A program made the translations under genes and the position numbers. Below are positions 42,128-54,988 of a stretch of 64,000 nucleotides of DNA, in pieces. The notes under the pieces were generated by a model, which was not told the origin of the DNA, searched no databases, and saw only the letters and a list, made by a program, of their open reading frames with translations. The DNA is from Eledone cirrhosa (lineage: Eukaryota): positions 418,872,001 to 418,936,000 of the forward strand of contig OZ024740.1 of assembly GCA_964016885.1 (NCBI GenBank). The letters are read 5' to 3'. Position 1 is the first letter of the stretch. The number at the start of each line of letters is the position of its first letter.

Positions 42128-42256
42128 TTTGACTGCACAAACTACTGGTTTATAGTTTTCACATCAGGGAAACTAATCAGTAATTCTGAATATAAAATTA
42201 CAGATCATGAAGTATGTCTGGATAAATACAAAGATATCTTGTTTGTGTTCACATCA
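42128..42256 (+). CDS. Candidate internal coding exon of an unidentified host gene (43 aa, phase 0/0)
   Basis: Long polypyrimidine tract plus AG, donor TCA|gtaaga; 129 nt open: FDCTNYWFIVFTSGKLISNSEYKITDHEVCLDKYKDILFVFTS; no repeat recognised. Confidence 0.5.
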
Positions 42257-43519
42257 GTAAGATATTTTAAAAAAACATGGACAATATAATTAACTATAGT
42301 TCCACATTCATGTGCTGCACTAGATATAACTGCAGTGTTTGGAAATTTCACATTTCGGTGCCCATAAAATGCTGCAGTGTTAGAACTATCTGAATTCAAT
42401 AGGATTTATTTCTATTACTATTATGTGTTCCAGCTGAAAAGCTGAGGCCATGCTGGGGCACTGCCATTAATGCAAATAATAAAAACAATAGTTGCTTTTA
42501 TCATAAAATTATCAAAACAAAAATATAACTTCAGAGCTTTCTTATAAAAATAAAGACGCCCCCCCCCCCCTCTTTCAGTCATGAATGACTATGGGTTTTG
42601 CACCTAGGAAGTTCCCCCTCTGAGGCACAAGTCCAGGCAAGGTAGTTCGTGGAAGACCAGCATTCACCCATACATACCTAAGATATCCTCTCAGTTCCAG
42701 TGGTATTGAGCATAATATAACCTCACAGTTTTAGTGGTACTAACCCCAAGATATCACAGTTTCACCCACTCACATACACCTCCCATGAGGACAAGCTAAA
42801 GTATACATCCAGCCCACACTGTAAAGTAGTCGTTTTGGTGCCACAACAAAAAGCGCTCACTCCACACTGTAAAGCAGTCATGTTGGTGTCACGACAAAAG
42901 CACCCAGTCCCACACTGTAAATGTGGTTGGTGTTAGGAAGGGCATCCAGCCATAGAAACCTAGCCAAAATCAGTCCTGAGTGAGTGAAACACAATCTTCC
43001 GACCATATCTCTCACAAAGGGGCAGCCCGTCCTACCCATGCTAGCATGGAAAATGGACGTTCAATGATGATGATGATGATGTAGACAAATACACACATCA
43101 TCATCATTGTTTAACGTCTATCTTCAACGCTAGCATGGGTTTAGACGGGAATTGTCCCACTTGAGGCAAGATTGGTAGGGTGACCATGTCTCGCTTGTAT
43201 AGGACTATCTGGCAGGTTTTCTACGGCTGGATGCTCTTCCTAACACCAACCACGTTTACAGTGTGGACTGGGAGGTTTTTACTGTGTTACCTACACGGCC
43301 ACATTACAGCGCGGCTGTGTGTTTTTTTGTCGTGACACCTACACGACCTCATTAGTTTGGACTGGATGTTGTGGTACCAACATAACTTGTTGTTAATGTG
43401 TTAACGACAACTGAGATTATATTGATGTTAAGTGTTAAGTCGTATAAAGAAATTCAGGCCATTTCTATCTTTAAGTCAGTATAATTCATTATTTTTTCAA
43501 TTTCCTTCAAGGTAATGTT

Positions 43520-44264
43520 TATCATCATCATCATTGTTAGCGTTATCATCATCATAACCATTGTCATCATTCTCATCATCATCATCATCATCATCATCAC
43601 CACCACCACCATCATCATCTTCATCACCACCACCACCACCACCATCATCATCATCACCACCACCACCACCATCATCATCATCACCACCACCACCACCACC
43701 AGCACCACCATCATCATCATCACCACCACCACCACCATCATCATCACCAGCACCACCAGCACCACCATCATCATCATCACCACCACCATCATCATCATCA
43801 CCACCACCACCACCACCATCATCATCATCACCACCATCATCATCACCATCATCATCATCATCACCACCATCATCATCATCACCACCACCACCACCACCAT
43901 CATCATCATCACCACCATCATCATCACCATCATCATCATCATCACCACCATCATCATCATCACCACCACCATCATCATCATCACCACCACCACCACCACC
44001 ATCATCATCATCACCACCACCATCATCATCATCACCACCACCACCACCACCATCATCATCATCACCACCATCATCATCACCATCATCATCACCACTACCA
44101 CCGCCACCATCATCATCATCACCACCACCATCATCATCACCACCATCATCATCACCATCATCATCACCACTACCACCGCCACCATCATCATCATCACCAC
44201 CACCATCATCATCACCACCATCATCATCACCACCACCATCATCATCATCATCATCACCATCATC

Positions 44265-44298
<34 letters not shown>

Positions 44299-44560
44299 TC
44301 ATCACCACCATCATCATCATTATCGTCATTTTCAACATCATTCTCGATATCATCATCCTCATCCTCATTGTCATCACCATCATCATCATCACCATTCTCA
44401 TCATTATCATCACCCTCACCATCACCATCATCATCATTCTCATCATTATCCTCACCATCACCATCACCATCACCATCATCACCATCATCATCATTCTCAT
44501 CATTATCATCATCACCACCATCACCATCATCATCATCATTATCAACATCAATCTGAACAT
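43520..44560. repeat. (CAT)/(CAC) compound repeat
   Basis: Directly visible. Confidence 0.95.
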
Positions 44561-45110
44561 CATTCTCTTATGAGTGAGTGTGTGTATGTGTGTGCATGTG
44601 TGTGTATGTGTGTGTATGTGTGTGCATGTATGTACATGTGCACTCACCTTCAATTATTTTCTATATTTTTAATAATATTTATATAATATATTTAATATTT
44701 CAAAGAATTCCACCTTGAAATTCTTGACCTAATATATAAATTCTAAACATGAACTTATTTCTAAAATAAACATAAAATTGAGAAAACACAATTATAAATA
44801 TAAACATTGATATTATATAAGATTTTTAAAGAAATAATGGTAAATTAGGAATCAATTCCATAGTTTCTAAACTAATTATACCAAAAGACTGAGCAAGCTG
44901 ATATTAAAAGACCTCTTAACACATGATTTCACAGATTCAGAGAAACTAGCAGACACTGGCTTGTCCAGTATATTTCTGTGTAGGACAGCTAGAAAGCTAT
45001 AATAGAGGTAAATTACAGAAGCCATTACATAATCGGCTATAACAATTGAATTCTATAAAATGTGTCTTTGAAAAATTCAGCTTATTTTCAGAATGTTCCT
45101 GGAGTGTGTA

Positions 45111-45174
<64 letters not shown>

Positions 45175-46369
45175 CACACAGATATAGATATATATAGAAA
45201 TGGCTTCTACAGGACTAGAACTGTTTCATTCAGGAGAAATCATCAGGAAGCCCTGATGGTTAAGAGAGGCACAATGAAGTGCTAAAAGATAAATTTATCC
45301 CAGGTTCAATCGGTGGTAACTACAGTAAGTAAGGTACTCAATTCCTGATGATTTCTCCTGAATGAAATAGTTCTAGTCCTGTAGAAGCCATTTCTATATT
45401 AAATATTTATAGCCTGGTACGTATTGAGTACCTTACTTGCTGTGGTTACCTCCGATTGAACCCGGGATAAACTTATATATATATATAATCGGAGGTAACC
45501 ACAGAAAGTAAGGTACTCAATACATATTTGCTCTACGGTTCTTATATATTTGATATATATTTACCCTTATCGAGCCCTCTTTGCATTTTAGTCTTCAAAT
45601 TTATTGTTATTACTATATATATATATATATATATTTGTTGCTGTGCTGAATAAGACCCGTCCCACCCTTGCAAGCAGGGAAGAGCAGACGTAAAATGATG
45701 ATGATGATATATATATATATATATCATCATCATCATCATTTAATGTCCATTTTCCATGCTAGCATGGGGAGGACAGGTTGACCCTTTGGGAGAGAATCAG
45801 GTCAGAGGACCATGTTTTGCTCACCCGGGGCTGATTTGGGCTTGGTTTCTACAGCTGGATGTCCTTCCTAACACTAACCACATTTACAGTGTGGACTGGG
45901 CACTTTTTGTTGTGTCACTGACATGACCACTTTAAAGTGTGGGCTGGGTACTTTTGTTTTGACACCTGGGGTGGGCCACTACATGGTGTGGGGTGGGAAC
46001 TAGGGAGGGAGGAAGCTTGGGGAAATTGCAGACGTAGGTAATAGGGGAGGGATGGTTACCGCAAAGGGAGGTGTATGGGAGAGGAGAATATATATAAATA
46101 CATATATATATCCTTTACGATTTCTTATGAATGCAACAGATCTAGTCCTGTAGAAGTCATTTCTATAATAATATATACATATATATAAATATATATATAT
46201 ATATATATCATCATCATCATTTAACGTCCATTTTCCACATTAGCATGGGTTAGGCTAAGGCTGGGTGCCCTTCCTAATGCCAACCACTTTACAGTGTAAG
46301 TGTTGTGTGGACAGAAGTGGGAAGGTGGTATAGGGGTGTATGGAAAGGGGTATATGTATATATACATAT

Positions 46370-46997
46370 ACGGCGGTTACGCTGGTATGGACATGTGATG
46401 CGTGGGAAGGTGGTATAGGGGTGTATGGAAAGGGGTATATGTATATATACATATACGGCGGTTACGCTGGTATGGACATGTGATGCGTATGAAGGATGAC
46501 AGCTGCATAAAAAGGTGCAGAGCACTAGAAGTTGATGGAAACCGCGGAGTGGGGAGACCCAAGATGACTTGGGATGAGGTGATAAAAGCCGACCTTACCC
46601 AACTACACCTCTCAAAGTCAATGACACACGACCGTGACTTCTGGCGTCACGCAGTAATACAGGGTACCCGACCTCCCATGGGTACATGCTGAAGCATATA
46701 AACAATATGCCCCCCCCCCCCCCCCCCCACCGCAAGGTGGTCGTGGAGGTGCCACGGCAAAAAAGCACCCAGCCCACACTGTAAAGTGGACGTGTAGGCG
46801 CCACGAAAAAGCACCCAGCACTCACTGTAAATGAGGTTGGTGTTAGGAAGGGCATCCAGCTGTAGAAATCAAGCCAGATCAGTTCCTGTATGAGCAAGGC
46901 ATGGTCAGCCGACCAGACACTGCCCACAACAGGACAACCCGTCTAACCCATGCTAGCGTGGAAGAACGGACGTAAAACGGTGATGATGATGATGATG
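46370..46997 (+). mobile_element. RTE LINE 3' fragment
   Basis: RRLRWYGHVMR..PPMGTC, 3'UTR and (GAT)n; nearly identical to 62323-62870 on the opposite strand. Confidence 0.9.
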
Positions 46998-47029
46998 ATA
47001 CATACGTACATATACGTACATATACATAC

Positions 47030-47132
<103 letters not shown>

Positions 47133-47147
47133 TATATATGTATATAT

Positions 47148-50100
47148 CTCAGAATTTGTCAAATCTTATTAATGGTCACACTGTTCGTTCTCCTGTGAAA
47201 TGTAATGTAAAATGCCATTTTCTTTCGTTCTCTCCATTTCCCGGTCCATCTCAATGCTATTCTATAATTCTGTCAGGTTGTTCTAAATATTATTCGCTTA
47301 TTACTGTTATATGCTACTCTATAACTCTGTCAGGTTGTACTAAATATTATTCCCTTATTACCGTTATATGCTTGTCCAATTATGCCCAAATTTCGAGGAT
47401 TCTCACTAACTACCCCATACCCTCACTCACCACCATTATTATTATTTCGACCTATCATAAGTCAGCGGCCTATGCTATCACTTCTTCCGGTTGCCTTTTG
47501 ATATGATGGATGGACTAGGAAATTCTGGAGAGTCTGAAAAAATCTGGACACTAAGTGACAATGCCAAAGACAAATTCAACTCATGCTGCCGAACGAAAAA
47601 GCAAGGACTCCTCCTCTTTGTTTCGGCCGCGCATGGCCAACATAACCCCAACCCCAGCCCCCTCACCCCTCCCCGCGCCCCACCGTTCCCACCCACCAAA
47701 CGCAATCCAAAACTTCAAAGTTGGTACCATGATTGTAGGCACCTTAAAAGGTCACTCTAACGAGGTTGTAGAAATGCTTGAACGTAAGGAGGTTGATGTT
47801 TGCTGTATCCAAGAGACCAGATGGAGGGGTGGGTCTGCTAGAGTCATTGTGGGTAAAAAACAATGCTATAAGCTATTCTGGGTGGGAAATGACAATGGGC
47901 TGGGTGGGGTAGGAATCATGTGAGCAGAAAAATGGGTAGATAAGATAATAGACGTAAATAGCGTGAAAGACAGAATAATTAAAATAAGACTTGTCCTAAA
48001 TAGAACTACTGTGACAGTAATATCTGCGTACATACCCCAATCCGGACTGCCTGGCGTTATAAAAGACAGATTCTATGAGACATTGATGCTCACGACCTCC
48101 CAAATAACTGACAGTGACTACGTAATTATTGCTGGCGACCTAAATGGTCACGTTAGACAACATTGTGATGGCTATGACAGAATCCATGGAGGCTATGGGT
48201 TTGGTACTAGAAATGAGGAAGGCGCCAGAATCCTGGAATTCTGTGATGCAAATAACCTAACTGTCTGTAACACTAACTTCAAGAAACGAGACAATCACTT
48301 GATCACCTATAGATCAGGGGAACACGCCAGTCAGATAGATTATATCCTTACCAGAAGACGTGATAGAGTGTCTGTCGTAAACACTAAATCCCTCCCCCAT
48401 GAAGAACGCACCTCCCAACATAGACTCATAGTCAGCGACCTCGTAGTCAGGACAAGACGTACTCGACAACAGAAGAGAACTATCCTCAGGAGAAAAATAT
48501 GGAAGCTAAAGGACCCCACAACCAGTAACAAATTTAAAAGCATATTACTTGATGCTTTTGACAGTAAGGAAGAGCAATTAGAGTCGTACAATATAGAGGA
48601 ACAGTGGGAATTCCTGAAAGCTAACCTGCTGAAGGCAGCAGATGATGTCTGTGGCTGGAGCAGGCCTATAGGCAGGAGGAGAGTAACGTGGTGGTGGAAC
48701 AGTAAGGTGGAGGAGTCAATTAAGGCCAAAAAGCAGGCTTGGAAAGTATGGCGGGATGGGGGAAGTAGAGAAGACTATTAAGTGGCCAGGAGGGAAGCTA
48801 GGAGACAAGTGTACTTTGCAAGAAGGGAAGCAGAGGAAAGAAAGTTCAAGCATGTTCTACAAGGACCAAAAACGTGAGGTGTTCAGGATTGCTAGGCAAT
48901 GTGTCAAGAAAAACCGTGATATTGTCGGGGAGAAGTGTGTCCTTAATGATGATGGTGTACTTGCCATCACTGACGCTGATAAGGAGGTAGCTTGGAAGTG
49001 TCACTACGAAAGGCTACTAAATGAGGAAAATAATTGGGAGAAAGACAGACTCCCCCACATCGATCCAATAGAGGGACCAGCAGTGCTAGTTGAAGGTAGT
49101 ATAATAAGTAAGGCAATCAAAGATATGAAGACGAGTAAGGCGGCTGGGCCTTCGGAAATAGTTGCTGAAATGCTGAAAGCATCTGGAACGGTGGGACACA
49201 CCATGGTCACCCGGATAGTAAACCAAGTCATACAGAATGGGGTCGTTCTGAAGGACTGGCATAGCAGCATCATCATTAACTGCTACAAGGGTAAAGGAGA
49301 TGCCCTAGATAGGGGTAACTATAGAGGCATTAAATTAATCGACCAGGTCATGAAGGCCACAGAAAAAGTAATAGCGCAACTAATCAGAGAGCGAATTGAT
49401 CTAGACGAAATGCAGTTCGGGTTTGTGTCAGGTAAAAGTACCACAGACGCTCTTTACATTGTACAACAACTACAGGAGAAGTACCTAGCTAAAAGTAAAC
49501 CCCTATACTTAGCTTTTGTTGATTTGGAGAAAGCCTTTGACAGAGTCCCCCGCTCGATTATCTGGTGGGCTCTTAGAAAACTAAGTGTCGACGAATGGCT
49601 TGTGAGAGCTATACAAGCCATGTATAAAGAAACAGTCAGCAAGGTTAGAATTAACAACGAATATAGTGAAGAGTTTAGCGTAAAGGTTGGTGTTCATCAG
49701 GGCTCCGTCCTTAGACCCCTCCTATTTATTATTGCCCTTCAGGCTATAACAGAGGAGTTCAAGACCGGCTGCCCATGGGAACTCCTATACGCAGATGATC
49801 TAACGCTCATAGCTGAATCAATGGCCGAACTAGAGAATAAATTCCAAATATGGAAGCAAAGCCTAGAATCAAAAGGCCTTAAAATTAACCTGTCTAAGAC
49901 TAAAGTTCTAGTTTGTAGGAAGGAAAATAGGGCACTGGTCCCATCTGGGAAATCGCCATGTTCAGTGTGTAGGAAAGGAGTAGGCAGAAACTCCATTTTA
50001 TGTCCCAAATGCAAAGTATGGGTGCATAAAAGATGTAGTGAGATCACAGGTAAGCTAACTAATAATATAGATTTTATATGTGGCCGGTGCTCTGGTGTAA

Positions 50101-51195
50101 TAGGTAGCAGCAAGTGTCCACAGAATACTAGTTCATTCCATTGCACAGATGGTTCTATAGAAATAGTGGACACCTTCCGTTACCTGGGTGACAAAATCAG
50201 CAGTGGTGGAGGGTGTTCCGAAAGTACAGTAGCTAGAGTCAGAACGGGATGGAAAAAGTTCAGAGAGCTTATACCACTATTGGCCGCTAAAGGCTTCTCA
50301 CTAAAAATGAAAGGCAGGCTGTATGATGCCTGCATATGAACAGCAATGTTACATGGCAGTGAGACCTGGGCATTGTGTGCAGGGGATATACGCAGACTGG
50401 AGAGGAACAAAGCTTGCATGCTCCGCTGGATGTGTAATAGTAATATACATGAACGGCAAAGCATAAACGAACTAAGGGAGAAATTAGGAATAAGAGGGAT
50501 CAGATGCTGTTTACTCGAGAGAAGACTACGTTGGTACGGTCAAGGGAGAAATTAGGAATAAGAGGGATCAGATGCTGTTTACTCGAGAGAAGACTACGTT
50601 GGTACGGTCACGTGATGCGCATGAAAGACGACAGCTGTATAAAAAAGTGCAGGGCGATAAAAATAGATGGTAACCACGGCGTAGGCAGACCCAGAAAAAC
50701 CTGGGATGACGTGCTAAACTCCGACCTCACACACTTACACCTCTCCAAGATAATGTCACGGGACCGAGATCTTACGCAATACACAGTAATACGGAAGACC
50801 CGCCTTACCTAAGTACAAAGCGAAACCTACAGTCAGTAGGCATCTCTAACAAAAATACACCCCGGCCCCACTACCCCCACCCCATCCACACCACCCCTTC
50901 CAATGTAAAGTTATGTTGGTACCACAGCATCCAGTCAGAAACAAATGAGGGCGTGTAGATGTCACAACAAAAAAACACAGTCCACGCTGTAATGTGGCCG
51001 TGTAGGTAACACAGTAAAAACCTCCCAGTCCACACTGTAAACGTGGTTGGTGTTAGGAAGGGCATCCAGCCATAGAAAACCCACCAGACAGTCCTATGCG
51101 AGCAAGACAACCAATCTTGCCTCAAGTGGGAAAATTTCCGTTCAAGCCCATGCTAGCGGGGAAGATGGACGTTAAACGATGATGATGATGATGAT
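47148..51195 (+). mobile_element. Near-full-length RTE-clade LINE (APE endonuclease plus RT), inactivated
   Basis: APE motifs CIQETRW, AGDLNGHV, QIDYIL and SQHRLIVSD; RT motifs FVDLEKAFDRVP, GVHQGSVL and LYADDL; 3'UTR and (GAT)n tail; 5' boundary uncertain. Confidence 0.9.
47555..50812 (+). pseudogene. RTE ORF with in-frame stops (47921, 48779, 50337), a frameshift near 48860 and a 68-bp duplication
   Basis: Read-through gives GVGIM*AEKWVD, EDY*VARREAR and ACI*TAML (RTAML in other copies). Confidence 0.85.
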
Positions 51196-51218
51196 CATCA
51201 TCATCATCATCATCATCT

Positions 51219-51780
51219 ATGTCAGGTCACCAGTTGGTGCTACTGGTAACATGTATCCCAGTACAACCTGTCTCATGGTCGGGTTGTTGGCGACTAAACT
51301 GGCAACTCCACCAAGGTTTCTTTGGACATCCTGCAGGACTAAAAACAAAACCTGTCAAAGACAAAGGAACTCTTAAGAGTCAATGGCCATCCAAAATCAC
51401 TGGGAGAGATGACCCCTTAGCCTTTGTCAAGGCAGAATTCTAGGAGAAGGAAAACTCTGATATAACACCTGCAACCCTGATGGTATCCAATGATGTTGAC
51501 TTGTTCTTCTTTTTGGTAAATATCATCTTGGTTAAGAGAGTGGGACTGGCTTTGTGCAGTGCCTTTGCTCACTATAAAAGCTTCACGGCACAGGTATTGC
51601 TTTATATCTGGAGATCTCTCTTCACTTGTCGTCACATGGTACCATGGGCCCAGCACTATGTGTCAGTAATTGTCACAAGTGTAGTGTTTGTGCCAGAATT
51701 TTCAAGTCGCTGGCTGGACTAAAAAGTCACACTCGTTCAGCGCATCAGTAGCCGTACTTGAAAACGAGTTGGCAGCCACC
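51219..51780 (+). mobile_element. Non-autonomous bipartite RTE-derived element
   Basis: RTE 5'UTR-like motif TAGGAGAAGGAAAACTCTGA; 3' remnant encodes a C2H2 finger HKCSVCARIFKSLAGLKSHTRSAH (51674-51751) like RTE-BovB C-termini; ends in (AT)n. Confidence 0.7.
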
Positions 51781-52098
51781 ATATATATATATATGCAAAG
51801 AAATACCTATGATGGCTAGTAGACAACTGATGAAGGATATTCCCAACTTCTATTTCTAATTCTTCATTATTATACTTAATTGCAACAACACAGCTCGCCA
51901 TTTTTTATTTATATATATATATATATAACACAGTAAAGAGAGAAGAACACATATATATATATGTGTGTGTGTGTGTTCTTCTCTCTTTACTGTGTTATAA
52001 AGGACTCAGAATTTTTTCTTTGAGCTAATTTTATTATAAGGGAGTATTGTGAGTTTTTAACTGAACATAGCGAAGTTCAATGTATGTGTGTGTATGTA

Positions 52099-52187
<89 letters not shown>

Positions 52188-52228
52188 GGGAACAAAGAAT
52201 CAGTATTGCATCATGTACATATTTAATT

Positions 52229-52322
52229 ACATATTACATATGTTTCACTGTCGATCAGCTCGAGGACTGATCAATTAATGTTCGATCCTGAGACTCTGGA
52301 ATCGGGAGCTCTTCAGATATGT
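52229..52322 (-). ncRNA. Type I hammerhead ribozyme motif with expanded stem II
   Basis: ACAUAU-CUGAAGA-GCU..AGU-GAAA-CAUAUG-UA-AUAUGU. Confidence 0.7.
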
Positions 52323-52685
52323 GTTTTCACATGTAGTTGCACGTCCAAATGATTGGAGACATATATATATATATATCATCATCATCATCATCATTTTATG
52401 TCCACTTTTATGTGATTCCTCCTAAACTCATATATACATCTTTGGGTGTATATATGTATATATCTATAATTAACTCTAAAATAACTCTACAATAACTTTT
52501 CAACCGATAATAACAAACCCATTAAAAAATTTAAATAAGGATTTAAAATTTATCAAGCGTCTAAACTTAACGGCTTTTTTCAGGTTTAATGTTCTCCTCA
52601 TTAGCATATATCCCTTAAGTGTTGAACCTTTCAATTCACTATCTTCACTGAACTTAAACCATTAAGTTCATATGAAGATATGTCA

Positions 52686-52740
52686 TTTATCTGACGAAAG
52701 CGTACTTAAATATTGGTATCCTTGAAATACGTATAATAAA
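52686..52740 (+). ncRNA. Minimal type I hammerhead ribozyme motif
   Basis: UUUAU-CUGACGA-AAG..CUU-GAAA-UACGUA-UA-AUAAA. Confidence 0.7.
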
Positions 52741-53045
52741 ATAAATATGGTTTTATAAATATATTTTCCATTTATTAATATTATTAATATTAATGATACT
52801 CCAGATAAATTTGTAGAGTGCTTCTAATCTGTTGTAAAATTAACTTTGTTGAATAATCAACAAACCATATAACTCATTGTTTATATATATACAGTTCCTG
52901 TATGAGCAAGGCATGGTCAGACGACCAGACACTACCCACAACAGGACAACCCGTCTAACCCATGCTAGCATGGAAGAACTGACGTAAAACGGTGATGATT
53001 ATGATGATGATGATGATGATATAATGAATGAGAGGGCCCTGGATT

Positions 53046-53094
<49 letters not shown>

Positions 53095-53100
53095 TATATA

Positions 53101-53439
53101 CAATCCAATCTAGGGCCCTCTCATTCATTTTGGTGTAATCCTGGTTGACCTCCACTGTTTTATGTCTGGTTTTCGTCATGATAGGGATGTAGGTGCACTC
53201 ACCATGCTTGGCCAGTCATAGGTTGGGAAAGCTATTTAGCTATTTAGCCCACAGTTGCGGTGCATGGTTGTTGAGTGGATGGAGTTTATCCACCTATTAA
53301 CAGCTCTTGGTTTGTGCTGCTGGAGTTCCACTTACTCTGGTCTGGTGGAGGAGTTTGTTTAGTTGCTGACCACTCGACCATGAAGCAGGTTATATTGGGT
53401 TACATGGTACCAGTAGCAGGCATAAGCCTGACTTGACAT
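53101..53439 (-). mobile_element. Short element sharing the 5' structured head of the RTE-derived elements
   Basis: First about 95 nt are homologous to 51219-51312; the rest differs; flanked by TA-rich microsatellites. Confidence 0.55.
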
Positions 53440-53474
53440 ACATATATACATATATTCATATACATGTGTGTATG

Positions 53475-53510
<36 letters not shown>

Positions 53511-53571
53511 TGTATTTATGTATGTATGTATACATTTATATATCTATATATATGTATATATACATACATTA

Positions 53572-53605
<34 letters not shown>

Positions 53606-53616
53606 CGCACGCACAC

Positions 53617-53648
<32 letters not shown>

Positions 53649-53649
53649 T

Positions 53650-54057
53650 GAAACATGGGCAGTGACTGCAGAGGACATGTGTTGGTTGAAGAGAAAAGAA
53701 GCAGCCATGCTTCAATGGATGCGCAACGTAAATGTGAGAGAAAGGCAAAACTTGGATGAACTGAGAAAGAAACTGGGTCTAAGAGGAATCTGAGGTGGTG
53801 TGCAGGAGAGAAGACTGTGTTGGTACGGACATGTGTTGCACATGGATGTTGATTGCTGTGTGAAGAAGTGCCAGGAAATCTCAGTGGAAGAAAGTTGCAG
53901 TGGAGGTTGACCTGGGCAGATGTGGTGAATGCTGAACATAAATCACTGAGATGGCAGAAGAGATGACAAATGAATGAAACAAATGGAGAGATGCTGAGTT
54001 GCAAAGGACCCATCCAACCCATGCAAGCATGGAAAAATAGATGTAAAAACAATGATG

Positions 54058-54058
<1 letters not shown>
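53650..54058 (+). mobile_element. Diverged RTE 3' fragment
   Basis: ETWAVTAEDM..MLQWMRNV..LGLRGI, RRLCWYGHV, and the shared 3' tail. Confidence 0.75.
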
Positions 54059-54108
<50 letters not shown>

Positions 54109-54218
54109 CCATTGAAATGGCTTGCCAAATACAAGCTGAAACCAGTAGGTTTCATGATCGGCTTTTTACCTTCCTTTCATCATCATCATCATCATCATCA
54201 TTATATATATATATATAT

Positions 54219-54265
<47 letters not shown>

Positions 54266-54842
54266 AAAAGAGTCAGGACTCCGACGGCTGAGTCGACAGC
54301 TAGATCTGAACTCAGACCTAGCTGTCGAAACCGCTAGAGCTCACTCGTCAGGGTCCTCACTCTTTTCCTATTACCCACTCTACTACCCTAAGTATTGAGT
54401 ACTCTGGTGCATTATGGTCTCCCTGGTATCTTACCACACCTTCTTTGTTATATATATATATACATATATATATACATATCTATGATTATAAATGTACTCA
54501 CATAGAATCATACAATATGTCTAATAACATTAATTGAATCAGCACTCAGTACATATAAATATGACACATGATAATGCTGACTCTAAGTTAAGTTGAAGTC
54601 ACTCCAAACTTTTCCTTGTGTCTATATTTTCTTGTTGTATGACATTTGCACAATGGTTAGAGAGACAGGTGGAGATTGGTGAGCCAGACTATGGCATCAT
54701 TTGTAGTAGAATGGATAGCCTCTAGGCTGCCGGGAAAATGTCTGAGGGGACAATTCCGAACAATATGCACTCCGTGTAACTGAAAAGGCTTGGAAAAGTT
54801 TTAAATGTAATAAAATGAGCTGTCTGTATAGAAGCACTAACA

Positions 54843-54988
54843 ATATTAAGTATTGTATGCACAATGTTAAGTATTGTATGCACAATGTTAAGTATTGTAT
54901 GCACAATGTTAAGTATTGTATGCACAATGTTAAGTATTGTATGCACAATGTTAAGTATTGTATGCACAATGTTAAGTATTGTATGCAC
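54843..54988. repeat. 21-bp minisatellite, about 7 copies
   Basis: Unit TGTTAAGTATTGTATGCACAA. Confidence 0.95.

Noticed and set aside
43454-44653. Poly-Met/Val, Ile/Thr and Ser/Pro ORFs
   Set aside because: (CAT)/(CAC) microsatellite artefacts
51828-51850. Isolated CTGATGA core (and CTGAGGA on the minus strand near 60779-60785)
   Set aside because: No matching GAAA or stem III half
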